Positions 55,279 through 64,000 of a stretch of 64,000 bases of DNA are shown here, one piece after another. Each line of letters opens with the position of its first letter. The stretch's first letter is position 1. The notes under the pieces were generated by a model. The model searched no databases and had not been told where the DNA came from. It saw nothing but the letters and a program-made list of their open reading frames with translations. A program made the translations under genes and the position numbers. Origin of the DNA: Spirochaetaceae bacterium (GTDB taxonomy: Bacteria > Spirochaetota > Spirochaetia > DSM-27196 > PWMO01); NCBI GenBank assembly GCA_007693945.1, contig RECP01000059.1, forward strand, positions 4,965 through 68,964. The letters run 5' to 3'.

Positions 55279-56973
55279 TCAGCGGGCGTGGTGCGCAGCG
55301 TCACTTCCGCGCGAGACGAGAGTACGGCCCACTCCCAGCAGCAGCAGCGCAACCGCGGCCGCAATTGACAGCCACGCAAACCAGTCTCCCCAGCGCGTAT
55401 AGAGCGTCTGGCGATCAGTGTAGACCGGCACGTCACCGATAAGGTAGCCCTCGACGAACGGCGGAAAGAGCTCGATGATGCGGCCGTTGGGGTCAATGAT
55501 GGCCGTCATGCCGCCGTTGGTACTGCGCACCACCGAACGGCCGTTCTCAGTTGCGCGAAAAACCGCCATCGCCATATGCTGCATGGCAGCGGCAACCGAA
55601 TGGGCCCATGAGTCGTTGGTGAGGTTCACGATCACCTCCGCGCCTTCTCGCACGAAACCGCGCGAGAGATAGCCAAAGGTGTCCTCAAAACAGATCGGTG
55701 TCGAGAACCGCACCCCGGTTGCTTCGAAAACGGTATACTCTTCGCCGGCCTCCCAGAACGTAGTCTCGTTCTCCACCAGCAGCCGGTAGAGCCACGGGAA
55801 CGCGCGACGATAGGGGAAATGCTCGGTAAACGGCACCAGGTGGATCTTGCGGTAGGTGTCGACCACTGTGCCATCGGCATAGAGGATCGCGGCGTTGTAG
55901 TCGGCGCGCTCCAGACTGCCGTCTACGTTGCGCACCATGCGACCATCGCTGTTGCCTACCACGTAGGGCACATCCTGCGCGGCCAGGAAATCGACAAGCT
56001 CGCGAACCAGCGCATACGACCGCGGATCAGTGCGGTAGCGCGTATGGTAGTTGATCGACGGCACAAACGAGGTTTCGCTCCAGATCACGATCTCGGGACC
56101 CTCCTCGACCGCCAGCTTACTCTGTCGCACCAGGATGTCCAGCGACTCACGATACGCCGCGACGCCACCCTCCCAGGGATCCACGTTCTGCTGCACAAGT
56201 GCGACGCGCCACATGCGCGAATCACGGTAGTCCACGCGCGAAACCACGCCGTAGACAACTGCACACAAAAACAGCACGGCGTACCCGAGCAGCACGAAAC
56301 GCCGCGAGCGCACGAAGTCACCGAACTCCGCCACGCCGTTCTTGAGCGCGTTGCCGAGAAACGCCGACGGAAAAACCACCAGCAGGCTGACTCCCCACAC
56401 ACCGGTCAACGCCGACAGCCGTACCAGCGGCGTGACCAGATACTGCGAATAGCCGGAAATCCCGTAGGCGTACCCCAGAAAGCCGCGCGTGCGCAGATAC
56501 TCGTACGCCAGCCAGATGGTCAGCTGAACCAGGAAGCCGTAGCGCGGAAAGAGCGTATCGGCGGCCTTGAGCAGCGGGAACACCACCGCAAAATAGACCG
56601 CGTAGATGACCGGCACAATGAATATCGATAGCGGGTGGAAATTCAGCAGCCAGTAGTTATGCGTAGTGTAGGAGATGAACCCGTACAGCAGCCCGTAGAG
56701 CACCGTCCCATGCCAGCTGCTGCGGTGCACAACGATGAAGACCGGAACAAACGCCACATACGCCAGAGGGAAGAAGCCCCAATCGAAAACCAGACTCGGA
56801 TGGGAGAGAGCGAAAAGCAGCGCGCTGAGAAACAGCAGCCCAATCTGGCCACCGACTTCAACCAGCAGTGAGCGGCTATTGTGCTCGCCTTCGAGTCGGC
56901 CGACCGCGGGAACTGCCGATACGCGCCGTGCAGGCCGGCGGGTTGCGCGCCGGCCCTTGTTCTTGCTGGTCAC
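55279..56973 (-). CDS. lnt: apolipoprotein N-acyltransferase (paralog 2)
   Basis: The architecture matches paralog 1. Triad contexts are VIWSETSF, YRKIHLVPFTE and STPICFEDTF. It begins 1 nt after the hbb stop. Confidence 0.85.
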   Translation of the reverse strand: MTSKNKGRRATRRPARRVSAVPAVGRLEGEHNSRSLLVEVGGQIGLLFLSALLFALSHPSLVFDWGFFPLAYVAFVPVFIVVHRSSWHGTVLYGLLYGFISYTTHNYWLLNFHPLSIFIVPVIYAVYFAVVFPLLKAADTLFPRYGFLVQLTIWLAYEYLRTRGFLGYAYGISGYSQYLVTPLVRLSALTGVWGVSLLVVFPSAFLGNALKNGVAEFGDFVRSRRFVLLGYAVLFLCAVVYGVVSRVDYRDSRMWRVALVQQNVDPWEGGVAAYRESLDILVRQSKLAVEEGPEIVIWSETSFVPSINYHTRYRTDPRSYALVRELVDFLAAQDVPYVVGNSDGRMVRNVDGSLERADYNAAILYADGTVVDTYRKIHLVPFTEHFPYRRAFPWLYRLLVENETTFWEAGEEYTVFEATGVRFSTPICFEDTFGYLSRGFVREGAEVIVNLTNDSWAHSVAAAMQHMAMAVFRATENGRSVVRSTNGGMTAIIDPNGRIIELFPPFVEGYLIGDVPVYTDRQTLYTRWGDWFAWLSIAAAVALLLLGVGRTLVSRGSDAAHHAR

Positions 56974-56974
56974 A

Positions 56975-57277
56975 CTAATCCCGCAGATCCCAGGCAGCGT
57001 CCTTCAGTTCTTTACCCGGCCGAAACACCACTACCCCATGATTCTGTACGCGTACCGTCTCGCCGGTCTTGGGGTTCCTGGCCCGCTCACGCCCTTTGCG
57101 CGTACGCACCTCAAAGGTACCAAATCCGCGGAACTCCACCACACGATCCTCGAGCAGCGCAGCCTTCACGTGCGAGAAGAAAGCATCAACGATAGCCTGG
57201 ATGTCTTTCTTGCTGACGTCGGTCTGCTCGGAGATACGATCAACGATCTCCGCTTTTGTGAGTTTATTGTGTGCCAC
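56975..57277 (-). CDS. hbb: HU/IHF-family DNA-binding protein, Hbb-like
   Basis: VEFRGFGTFEVRTRKGRERARNPKTGETVRVQNHGVVVFRPGKELKD closely resembles Borrelia Hbb as I remember it. A GTG at 57277 has a GAGGGA SD. An ATG at 57331 is a weaker alternative. Confidence 0.8.
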   Translation of the reverse strand: MAHNKLTKAEIVDRISEQTDVSKKDIQAIVDAFFSHVKAALLEDRVVEFRGFGTFEVRTRKGRERARNPKTGETVRVQNHGVVVFRPGKELKDAAWDLRD

Positions 57278-57422
57278 AGCTTCCCTCTTCAGAAAATGGT
57301 TGTCTTGAGTATCCACGCGAACGGCATGCATCCTGCCGACCGCGTGTGGGAGTGTCACGGTGCTGCATCCCGGGTGTTGTGCTCGGACGCACGGCAACCG
57401 CAGATCACCGGTCTCTACTACG

Positions 57423-57689
57423 CTACGAAGCGAGCGTGTTGAGCTTCTTCTGCAGTCGCGACTTCGTGCGCGCGACGGTGTTCTTGTGATACACACCCTT
57501 GTGGGCAGCGGAATCAATCAGTCTGGTGACCCGCAGAAACTGCTCCTGCGCCAGCGGCTGGTCACCGGCTCCTACCGCCTCCAGGAAACGGCGAATGGTG
57601 CTGCGCACCTGGCTGCGTTCGCTCTTGTTGCGCATGCGCGCCTTCTCACTCTGTCTGTGGCGTTTTGTCGCCGAACCTTTGACAATCAA
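57423..57689 (-). CDS. rpsT: 30S ribosomal protein S20
   Basis: KGSATKRHRQSEKARMRNKSERSQVRSTIRRF ... AAHKGVYHKNTVARTKSRL. The proposed start is a TTG at 57689 (AAGGGGG SD 9 nt upstream), giving 88 aa. The longer track ORF includes the promoter. Confidence 0.85.
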   Translation of the reverse strand: MIVKGSATKRHRQSEKARMRNKSERSQVRSTIRRFLEAVGAGDQPLAQEQFLRVTRLIDSAAHKGVYHKNTVARTKSRLQKKLNTLAS

Positions 57690-57738
57690 ACGTGGGTACC
57701 CCCTTGCAATAGAACACGTTGCCGTGCAGTGAATTGAA

Positions 57739-57767
57739 AGGCTACCAAATCCGATGATCGCTGTCAA
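57739..57767 (-). promoter_or_regulatory. candidate sigma-70 promoter of rpsT
   Basis: The minus strand reads a perfect TTGACA (57762-57767), a 17 nt spacer, then TAGCCT (57739-57744). Confidence 0.4.
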
Positions 57768-57832
57768 GCTGGCCGATGCGGACTTCTTTTCTTTTGACCG
57801 TATTCAAGATAGACTGGCGTCAGGTACCCGTC

Positions 57833-58576
57833 ATGCGCTCGATTGTGTTTGTCATCTGTCTGCTGGGCTCGCTCTTCTACTGGGATCTCCAGATGAAACT
57901 GCTGGCGCTCTTCAGCTACCGCTCGGCCCGTGCGTTCGCCGACCGGCGCCTGTACGCGATGGCGTCCTGGCTGTTCAATCTGGCACACGTCTATCTGGGC
58001 CTGCGGATTGTTATCGAACGCAGCCCCGGGGTAGAGCTGCCCGACCGCTTTGTGGTCGTCGCCAATCACCAGTCGCTGATTGACATCGTGGCAGTCGTGC
58101 TGGCGCTCCCCTGCCACCCGGTGCGCTTCGTGGCCAAGAAAGAGCTTGGCCACTGGTTTCCGGCGGTCTCGATGGTGCTGCGCCTGCAGCGCCACGCGCT
58201 GATCGACCGCAGCGGCAACAGAGAAGCGACCATGCGTGAGCTCGACCGCCTGGCGCGACGCTCGCGAGGCGGAACCTGTCCGGTCATCTTTGCCGAGGGA
58301 ACCCGATCGCGCACCGGTGAGGTTCTGCCGTTCCAGACCGGTGCCATCCGCAGGATCGTATCGATCAACTCGTTGCCGATCGTTGCCATGGCGATCGACG
58401 GCGGCCACCGGGTCTCGCGGCTGATGGAACTCTCGGCACGCGGCGCACACCTCGTCTACCGCACCAGACTGCTGAAAGTCTTCCCGGCCGACTCATCCAA
58501 AGGCGGGGTCGCCGCCACGCTGAAGCAGGCCGAATCGATGGTTCGCGGGCAGCTCGAAGAGTGGCATTGTGGATAG
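57833..58576 (+). CDS. plsC: 1-acyl-sn-glycerol-3-phosphate acyltransferase family protein
   Basis: The HX4D motif VVANHQSLIDI and FAEGTRSRTGE are present, with an N-terminal TM segment from the ATG at 57833. The track ORF starts at 57776, so the start is uncertain. Confidence 0.8.
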   Translation: MRSIVFVICLLGSLFYWDLQMKLLALFSYRSARAFADRRLYAMASWLFNLAHVYLGLRIVIERSPGVELPDRFVVVANHQSLIDIVAVVLALPCHPVRFVAKKELGHWFPAVSMVLRLQRHALIDRSGNREATMRELDRLARRSRGGTCPVIFAEGTRSRTGEVLPFQTGAIRRIVSINSLPIVAMAIDGGHRVSRLMELSARGAHLVYRTRLLKVFPADSSKGGVAATLKQAESMVRGQLEEWHCG

Positions 58577-60332
58577 ACCTTCGCCATTCTCCGAGTACCG
58601 CACGCTGATTCCATACGCCTGGCGCTATCGCTGGTACTATCTGCTTGGCATACTGTGCCTGGTGGTAACATCGGGCGGACAGCTCTTCATCCCGCAGTTC
58701 GTGCGACAGGCCGTTGATAGCATGGTGGAGGGCAGCTTCACGGTCGGCGCAATCGGCACGTTGATGGTGACCCTGATCGTCGTGGCACTGGTTATCGCCG
58801 TAGGCCGTTTCGGCTGGCGCTACTTCATACACGGGGCATCGCGGCGTATCGAGGCCGAACTGCGCGACCGGCTCTTCGATCACCTGCTGCTGCTGTCACC
58901 GCGCTACTACGCGCAGGCACGCACCGGTGACATCATGGCGCGCGCAACCAACGACATGCAGTCGATCCGCATGGCAACCGGGATTGCGCTGGTCGCGTTC
59001 ATCGACGGCGTCTTTATGACGCTTGCGATCCTTGTGATTCTCTTCAGCCAGAATGTCGCACTGGCGGCCATTACGATCATCCCGCTGCCCTTCATCACCG
59101 TGATGATCATTTTTGCCGGACGCCTCGTGGCGCGCCTGTTTCGTGAGGTGCAGGAGGGTTTCTCGCATCTGAGCGAACGCACTCAGGAGAGCATTGCCGG
59201 AGTGCGCGTGATCAAATCGTTTGTGAAGGAGAGTTATTTCACCCGCACGTTCGAGCAGACCAACATGGAGTACCGCGAACGCAACCTGCGGTACATCAAA
59301 CTGTGGGGTCTGTTCTTCCCGATGGTCACCTTTCTGTCCGGACTGACGACCCTGCTGCTGCTGCGCTACGGCGGCGCTCGCGTGATCTCCGGAGAGATCT
59401 CAGCCGGTGACTTCGTGGCCACCATGAGCTACCTGGCGATGCTGGCGTGGCCGATGCTCGGCGCCGGATTCACCGTCAACGTGCTGGCGCGGGGCGCAGC
59501 GTCGCTGGCGCGCATAAACGCGATCCTCAAGGAGCCACCCGACATCGTGTCGCCTGTCGGAGCCGCCTCGCGAACGGACAGCCTCGATCTACGCGTCGAG
59601 CAGCTGACCGTTATCTATCCGGACGCCGGCAAACCGGCGTTGCAGGACGTCAGTCTGGAACTGCCCGCAGGCAGAATGCTGGGCATACTCGGCCGCACCG
59701 GAGCAGGCAAGTCGACGCTGATCAAGACGATGCCCCGGCTGGTCGATCCTCCTTCCGGTACCGTTTTTCTGGGAGAAACCGATGTTCGCGACTACGATCT
59801 TGCGTGGTTGCGTGCCCGTTTCGGAATCGTACCGCAGGACACCTTCCTCTTCTCGGCCACCATCCGAGACAATATCGCCTTTGGTTGCGACGAGCTCGAC
59901 GAAGATGAGCTGCTGCGGGTAGCCGACATCTCGACCATCAGCCGCGACATCGGCTCCTTCGCCGACGGATACAAAACGGTTGTCGGTGAGCGCGGCGTGA
60001 CGCTCTCCGGTGGCCAGAAACAGCGAATCGCCATTTCGCGCGCGTTGGCCAGTAACCCCGACATCCTGATCCTGGACGACGCGCTCTCGGCCGTTGACAC
60101 CGAGAGCGAGGAGAAGATCCTGAAGGCCGTGCTGGACTACCGCGGCCGCAAGAACACGATTCTTATTTCGCACCGGATCTCCGCGCTGCAGTACGCAGAC
60201 GCCATCGTAGTGCTCGACGGTGGGCGTATCGTACAGTACGGCAGTCACTCGCAGTTGCTGCAGCAGACCGAAGGACTCTATCGCGAGATCCACGATCTGC
60301 AGCAGCTCGAACAGCAGAGGTCTCGAGAGTAA
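58569..60332 (+). CDS. ABC exporter, fused permease/ATPase (half-transporter A)
   Basis: Six TM segments are followed by Walker A GRTGAGKST, signature LSGGQKQRIAISRAL and Walker B ILILDDALSAVD. A GTG start overlaps the plsC stop by 8 nt. Confidence 0.85.
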   Translation: MDRPSPFSEYRTLIPYAWRYRWYYLLGILCLVVTSGGQLFIPQFVRQAVDSMVEGSFTVGAIGTLMVTLIVVALVIAVGRFGWRYFIHGASRRIEAELRDRLFDHLLLLSPRYYAQARTGDIMARATNDMQSIRMATGIALVAFIDGVFMTLAILVILFSQNVALAAITIIPLPFITVMIIFAGRLVARLFREVQEGFSHLSERTQESIAGVRVIKSFVKESYFTRTFEQTNMEYRERNLRYIKLWGLFFPMVTFLSGLTTLLLLRYGGARVISGEISAGDFVATMSYLAMLAWPMLGAGFTVNVLARGAASLARINAILKEPPDIVSPVGAASRTDSLDLRVEQLTVIYPDAGKPALQDVSLELPAGRMLGILGRTGAGKSTLIKTMPRLVDPPSGTVFLGETDVRDYDLAWLRARFGIVPQDTFLFSATIRDNIAFGCDELDEDELLRVADISTISRDIGSFADGYKTVVGERGVTLSGGQKQRIAISRALASNPDILILDDALSAVDTESEEKILKAVLDYRGRKNTILISHRISALQYADAIVVLDGGRIVQYGSHSQLLQQTEGLYREIHDLQQLEQQRSRE

Positions 60333-60333
60333 C

Positions 60334-62427
60334 ATGGCGGACACGATGCTGCGGGAAGACGAACGCGTCATCACAGGCTATAACCCGCGGGTGGTCCGGC
60401 GTCTGCTGGCCTACCTCAGACCCTACCGCGTGGCGGTGATTCTTGCGCTGATAGCACTGACCCTCTCAACGGCGGCCGAAATTCTGCTGCCGGTGATTCT
60501 GCAGCGGTCCGTTGACCGTCACATGGTTTCCACGGCACGACGCGTGGCGGCCGACCGTCCCGACGAGCACGAGCTGCTCGATGCTGTCGCGGCACGGCAC
60601 GGCATTCGTATCGGTGACTTCGTCTACCTGCTCGAAGTCGACCTCAACGATATCGCACAGATTGAACAGCGGCGTCTGCGCGACAGCGGGGTGCTCAGTG
60701 AACGCGGCTTCACCGTCACGCGCATCGACCAACCGCAGGCGCTCGAGGTGGTCGAACGCTACCCGACGCGCTTCGAGCGTTCGGAGGTCCACGCCGCAAT
60801 TGACAATCGTGCGCTTGCCGACCTGTCCGCCGATGATCGCCGCGCGTTGCGCAGCGACGATATCGCCGGCGTGCAGCGGATGTCGGTCTTCTTCTTCGGG
60901 CTGCTGATCATGATACTGATGACGTCATTCGTGCAGGTCTATCTGATAGCCTATGCCGGTCAGGGCGTCATGAAGGACATGCGACTGCAGCTGTACGACC
61001 ATACCATCCGGCAGTCGCTGGCGTTTCTCAATACGCAGGCTGTCGGCAAACTGGTCACCCGGCTGACCAATGACGTAGAAACCATCAACGAGCTCTTCAC
61101 CAACACCGTAATAAGCCTCCTCAAGAATATCACGATCATGATCGGGGTAATCGTGGCGATGTTCGCGCTGAACACCCGCATGGCGCTGGTAACCGCGGCA
61201 ACCCTGCCCCCGGTGATCGTGCTGACGCTGATCTTCCGCAAGAAGGCGCGCGACGCCTTCCGCCGCGTGCGCCAGTGGGTATCGAAGGTCAACGCCTACC
61301 TGGCCGAGCACATCTCGGGCATGTCCGTGGTACAGATGTTTGTACGCGAAAGAAAGGTCAACCGAGAGTTCCAGCAGCGCAACGGCGAACTGATGCGTGC
61401 CAGTCTGGCCGAGATGTACGTCTTTGCAACCTTCCGCCCGCTTGTCGATCTGCTGTCCTCGGTCTCTCTGGCCGCAATTGTCTATTTCGGGGCGCGATTT
61501 CTGGCTGTTGGAGTGGTGTCGCTCGGGATCCTGATTGCGTTTATCGATCTTGCCAAACGGTTCTACCAGCAGCTGATGGATATCTCCGACCGCTTCGTCG
61601 TGCTGCAGAGTGCCATGGCCGGCAGCGAGCGAGTCTTTGAACTGCTCGACACGGTAGATAGAGTCGAGGACAGCGGCACGATCCATCTTCCCCGGCCGGT
61701 GCGCGGTGAACTGCGCTTTGAATCGGTTTCGTTTGCCTACCGTAGCGGCGAGCCGGTGCTGCGTGATATCAGTTTCAGAGTGCCCGCCGGCCAGACGGTC
61801 GCCATAGTGGGGTACACGGGGGCAGGCAAGACCACGATTGCCAACCTGGTCACCCGGCTGTGGGACGTCGACGGCGGCACCGTACGGCTCGACGGCGTCG
61901 ACGTACGCGACATCCCGCTGGGGCAGCTGCGGTCGGCAATTCAGCCCATTCAACAGGATGTGTTTCTGTTCAACGACACCGTTGCCGAAAACATCCGGCT
62001 GGGTGCCGACATCAGCGATCAAAAAGTGGTTGAGGCGGCCCGGATCGTGCAGGCCGATCGCTTCATATCGGCCCTGCCGCGTGGCTATCAAACCATACTC
62101 GAAGAGGGAGCGGCCAATATCTCCACCGGCCAGCGTCAGCTGATTGCGTTTGCGCGCGTGCTGGCGCATGACCCGCGGGTGATTATCCTGGATGAGGCGA
62201 CCGCGAGCATCGACACCGAGACCGAAGCGCTGATACAGACCGGCATCCGGCGACTGCTGGCGGGACGTACATCACTGGTGATTGCGCATCGCCTCTCGAC
62301 AATCAAGAACGCCGACCGTATCCTGGTGCTCTCCGCCGGAGGACTTGCCGAAGACGGCACCCACGAAGAGCTGCTCGTACAACGCGGCCTCTACTTCAAC
62401 CTCTACCGGCTGCAGTACCAGCAGTAG
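60334..62427 (+). CDS. ABC exporter, fused permease/ATPase (half-transporter B) with a roughly 110-120 aa insertion between TM1 and TM2
   Basis: The ATG lies 1 nt after the upstream TAA. Walker A GYTGAGKTT, signature ISTGQRQLIAFARVL and Walker B VIILDEATASID are present. At 697 aa it is longer than its 587-aa partner. Confidence 0.85.
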   Translation: MADTMLREDERVITGYNPRVVRRLLAYLRPYRVAVILALIALTLSTAAEILLPVILQRSVDRHMVSTARRVAADRPDEHELLDAVAARHGIRIGDFVYLLEVDLNDIAQIEQRRLRDSGVLSERGFTVTRIDQPQALEVVERYPTRFERSEVHAAIDNRALADLSADDRRALRSDDIAGVQRMSVFFFGLLIMILMTSFVQVYLIAYAGQGVMKDMRLQLYDHTIRQSLAFLNTQAVGKLVTRLTNDVETINELFTNTVISLLKNITIMIGVIVAMFALNTRMALVTAATLPPVIVLTLIFRKKARDAFRRVRQWVSKVNAYLAEHISGMSVVQMFVRERKVNREFQQRNGELMRASLAEMYVFATFRPLVDLLSSVSLAAIVYFGARFLAVGVVSLGILIAFIDLAKRFYQQLMDISDRFVVLQSAMAGSERVFELLDTVDRVEDSGTIHLPRPVRGELRFESVSFAYRSGEPVLRDISFRVPAGQTVAIVGYTGAGKTTIANLVTRLWDVDGGTVRLDGVDVRDIPLGQLRSAIQPIQQDVFLFNDTVAENIRLGADISDQKVVEAARIVQADRFISALPRGYQTILEEGAANISTGQRQLIAFARVLAHDPRVIILDEATASIDTETEALIQTGIRRLLAGRTSLVIAHRLSTIKNADRILVLSAGGLAEDGTHEELLVQRGLYFNLYRLQYQQ

Positions 62428-62452
62428 CGCCGGCGCAGCCGGCGCGCGTTTG
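62427..62452 (+). terminator. GC-rich hairpin after the ABC operon (possible bidirectional terminator)
   Basis: GCGCCGGC, loop GCA, GCCGGCGC form a perfect 8 bp stem followed by GCGTTTGT. The T-tract is weak. It sits between convergent genes. Confidence 0.4.
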
Positions 62453-62460
62453 TCCGCCTT

Positions 62461-63390
62461 CTACTCCGTTGGCGCCGGATCGGAACCCGGGCACGGTAGT
62501 CCGTCCAGAATCCGCCAGCGGCGCGACCTGGGATCGCGTTCGAAGCGACAGATCGGCAGGCTGAGATAGCGGCCGTCCTCACCGGAGAGCCTGATCTGAC
62601 GCGAGATGATGTTGACCTCGGTAACGCGAAAAACGGTCTCGTCATACGGAATGCGTGTTCCTTCATCGGGAAAGCGCTGTTTCTCGCCGACGTAGAAATC
62701 GTGCTCGTAGTAGAGACAGCACAGCAGCCTTCCGCACGGACCGGATATCTTCATCGAATTGAGACTCAGATTCTGGACCTTGGCCATCTTGATCGAGACC
62801 GGGCACAGCTTGTCGGTCAGGCCGTGACAGCACAGCGTACGGCCGCAGACGCCGATTCCACCCAGCACGCGTGACTCGTCGCGAACCCCGATCTGGCGCA
62901 GTTCAATGCGGATGCGGAACTCGGATACCAGGTCCTTGACCAGTTCGCGGAAGTCGACGCGCCCGTCGGCAGTGAAGAAGAACAACAGTTTGGGCTCATC
63001 GAGAATGTAGTGCGCCGCTACCAGCTTCATGTCCAGGCGCCGCGACGCAATCTTGCGGCGGCAGGAGTCAAAGGCCTGCGCCTCGCGCCGCAGGTTTTCC
63101 CGGTAACGCGCAAGATCGGTGTCGGTCGCCACACGGTCCACCGGCTGCGCGTTCTTCCACACGGAGGCGTTGGACTCTGACACCGGCCCGAGGACTTCCG
63201 CCAGATCCTTGCCGTACTTGGTGGGGATGACGACCAGATCGCCCTCGCCCAGCGCAAAGTCATGCGGATTGGAGCAGAGCTCAGTCTCGCTGCTGTGCAG
63301 CACCTTGGCAACAAACGGCGACCCGGGCGGGATGTGCAGCCGTGCGGCTGCAGCTTCACTCTCAACCGCGGTGTTCTGCTCTGTCGACAT
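62461..63390 (-). CDS. PSP1-domain protein (RicT/YaaT-like)
   Basis: The PSP1 C-terminal domain with the Cys cluster GVCGRTLCCHGL ... ISGPCGRLLCCLYYE is present. 309 aa. Confidence 0.85.
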   Translation of the reverse strand: MSTEQNTAVESEAAAARLHIPPGSPFVAKVLHSSETELCSNPHDFALGEGDLVVIPTKYGKDLAEVLGPVSESNASVWKNAQPVDRVATDTDLARYRENLRREAQAFDSCRRKIASRRLDMKLVAAHYILDEPKLLFFFTADGRVDFRELVKDLVSEFRIRIELRQIGVRDESRVLGGIGVCGRTLCCHGLTDKLCPVSIKMAKVQNLSLNSMKISGPCGRLLCCLYYEHDFYVGEKQRFPDEGTRIPYDETVFRVTEVNIISRQIRLSGEDGRYLSLPICRFERDPRSRRWRILDGLPCPGSDPAPTE

Positions 63391-63442
63391 ATCTCTGCTC
63401 CTCTTGCAGTGCCCGGCCGCGTCCCCTGAATAAAGCCCTGCT

Positions 63443-63937
63443 CTATTGGAACAGGTCGACGAGAAGCCCCTGGATCTCCTCGACCCGCCGCAGCATCTCC
63501 AGTTGCGACCGTTGCGTCTGAAGCATCCCGGCCGCCAGGCGCTCCAGCTTCTGGTCTATGGTTCGAATCAGAGTGAAGCGCTTGCGGTTCAACACGTTGG
63601 TGCCCGATACGTGCTCTTCGACGTCGGTAGCTCCCCCCGCCACGGCGCGCAGAAAATTGCGCACCGCTTCGCGGTACTGTTGAAGCAGCGTCCATGTCTG
63701 CTGCCTGCTGAGCCGGTCCCCGAGCTCGTGAATCTCGTCGAGCAGCTCCTGCGCCTCTTCGAGCGTGGTCAGTGGACCCGGATGCGGCAGAACCGGCTGA
63801 TGCGGATCTACCTTGCGCTCAAAGATGGACGCGAAGCCGCCCGCGACCTTCGAGCTGCGCTGATCGCGCCCCTTTGCGGTCCGTGATCCCGGTCGAAACC
63901 CCGATACCCCGTCACTCTCGATTCTGGCCACAACCAT
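63443..63937 (-). CDS. YaaR/DUF327-family protein
   Basis: The C-terminal two-thirds (LLDEIHELGDRL ... YREAVRNFL ... RKRFTLIRTIDQKLERLAAGML) fits my memory of DUF327, and the position upstream of a PSP1 gene matches Firmicutes. A GGGGG SD precedes the ATG. Confidence 0.7.
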   Translation of the reverse strand: MVVARIESDGVSGFRPGSRTAKGRDQRSSKVAGGFASIFERKVDPHQPVLPHPGPLTTLEEAQELLDEIHELGDRLSRQQTWTLLQQYREAVRNFLRAVAGGATDVEEHVSGTNVLNRKRFTLIRTIDQKLERLAAGMLQTQRSQLEMLRRVEEIQGLLVDLFQ

Positions 63938-64000
63938 TTGCCCCCGGACCGCCTACACCCGCGACGGCACCCCGGCGCGCAATGACGAGCTGGCCACCGA

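Noticed and set aside
60925-62169. A 414-aa minus-strand ORF inside the second ABC exporter gene. Similar cases are 41829-42548 and 42756-43700 inside clpA, 45092-46150 inside the NHL gene, and 5725-6906 inside the FTCD gene.
   Set aside because: All are antisense to genes with strong Walker, AAA+ or enzyme motifs, and none has recognisable motifs. They are GC-rich antisense artefacts.

Overview
This window looks like a GC-rich (judged by eye, not computed) core chromosomal segment of a spirochete. The evidence for that origin is a P83/100-family protein, an Hbb-type HU protein next to rpsT, periplasmic-flagellum rod genes followed by an RpoS-like sigma factor, and a long Rho followed by L31. 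I can support about 58 protein genes and one tRNA-Thr.

Main gene content, in order:
- A histidine-utilisation module (fused formiminotransferase-cyclodeaminase, YjiH-like permease, hutU, hutI).
- tsaD, then flgF-flgG-flgJ-rpoS.
- A pair of cNMP-binding proteins.
- An 8-gene Mla/MCE-type envelope cluster.
- PBP1A followed by a mini-ParB, then rex and a standalone rlmK-like gene.
- gltX-glyQS-tyrS, alaA, a degenerate HD-GYP protein and a TGS-uridine-kinase fusion.
- clpS-clpA-aat, and a galK-like/surE/TPR/NHL-vWA operon.
- Two lnt paralogs, and rpsT-hbb ... response regulator-bactofilin-cinA-rho-rpmE.
- plsC plus a heterodimeric ABC exporter, then ricT/yaaR.

I found no rRNA genes, CRISPR arrays, transposases, integrases or prophage genes. 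I also do not see a clear self-contained novel system such as a defence island.

The most interesting observations are:
- A near-consensus sigma-54 promoter in front of the RpoS-like gene, which resembles the Borrelia arrangement.
- A structured 3' region with a C-rich (anti-SD-like) hairpin loop next to a strong terminator.
- A ParB N-domain-only protein immediately behind PBP1A.
- The extended Mla/MCE-TPR-M23-PEGA operon.
- An internally duplicated Cys/His protein divergent from the hut operon.
- A response regulator-bactofilin operon.

All family assignments come from motif recognition by eye. No database search was run.
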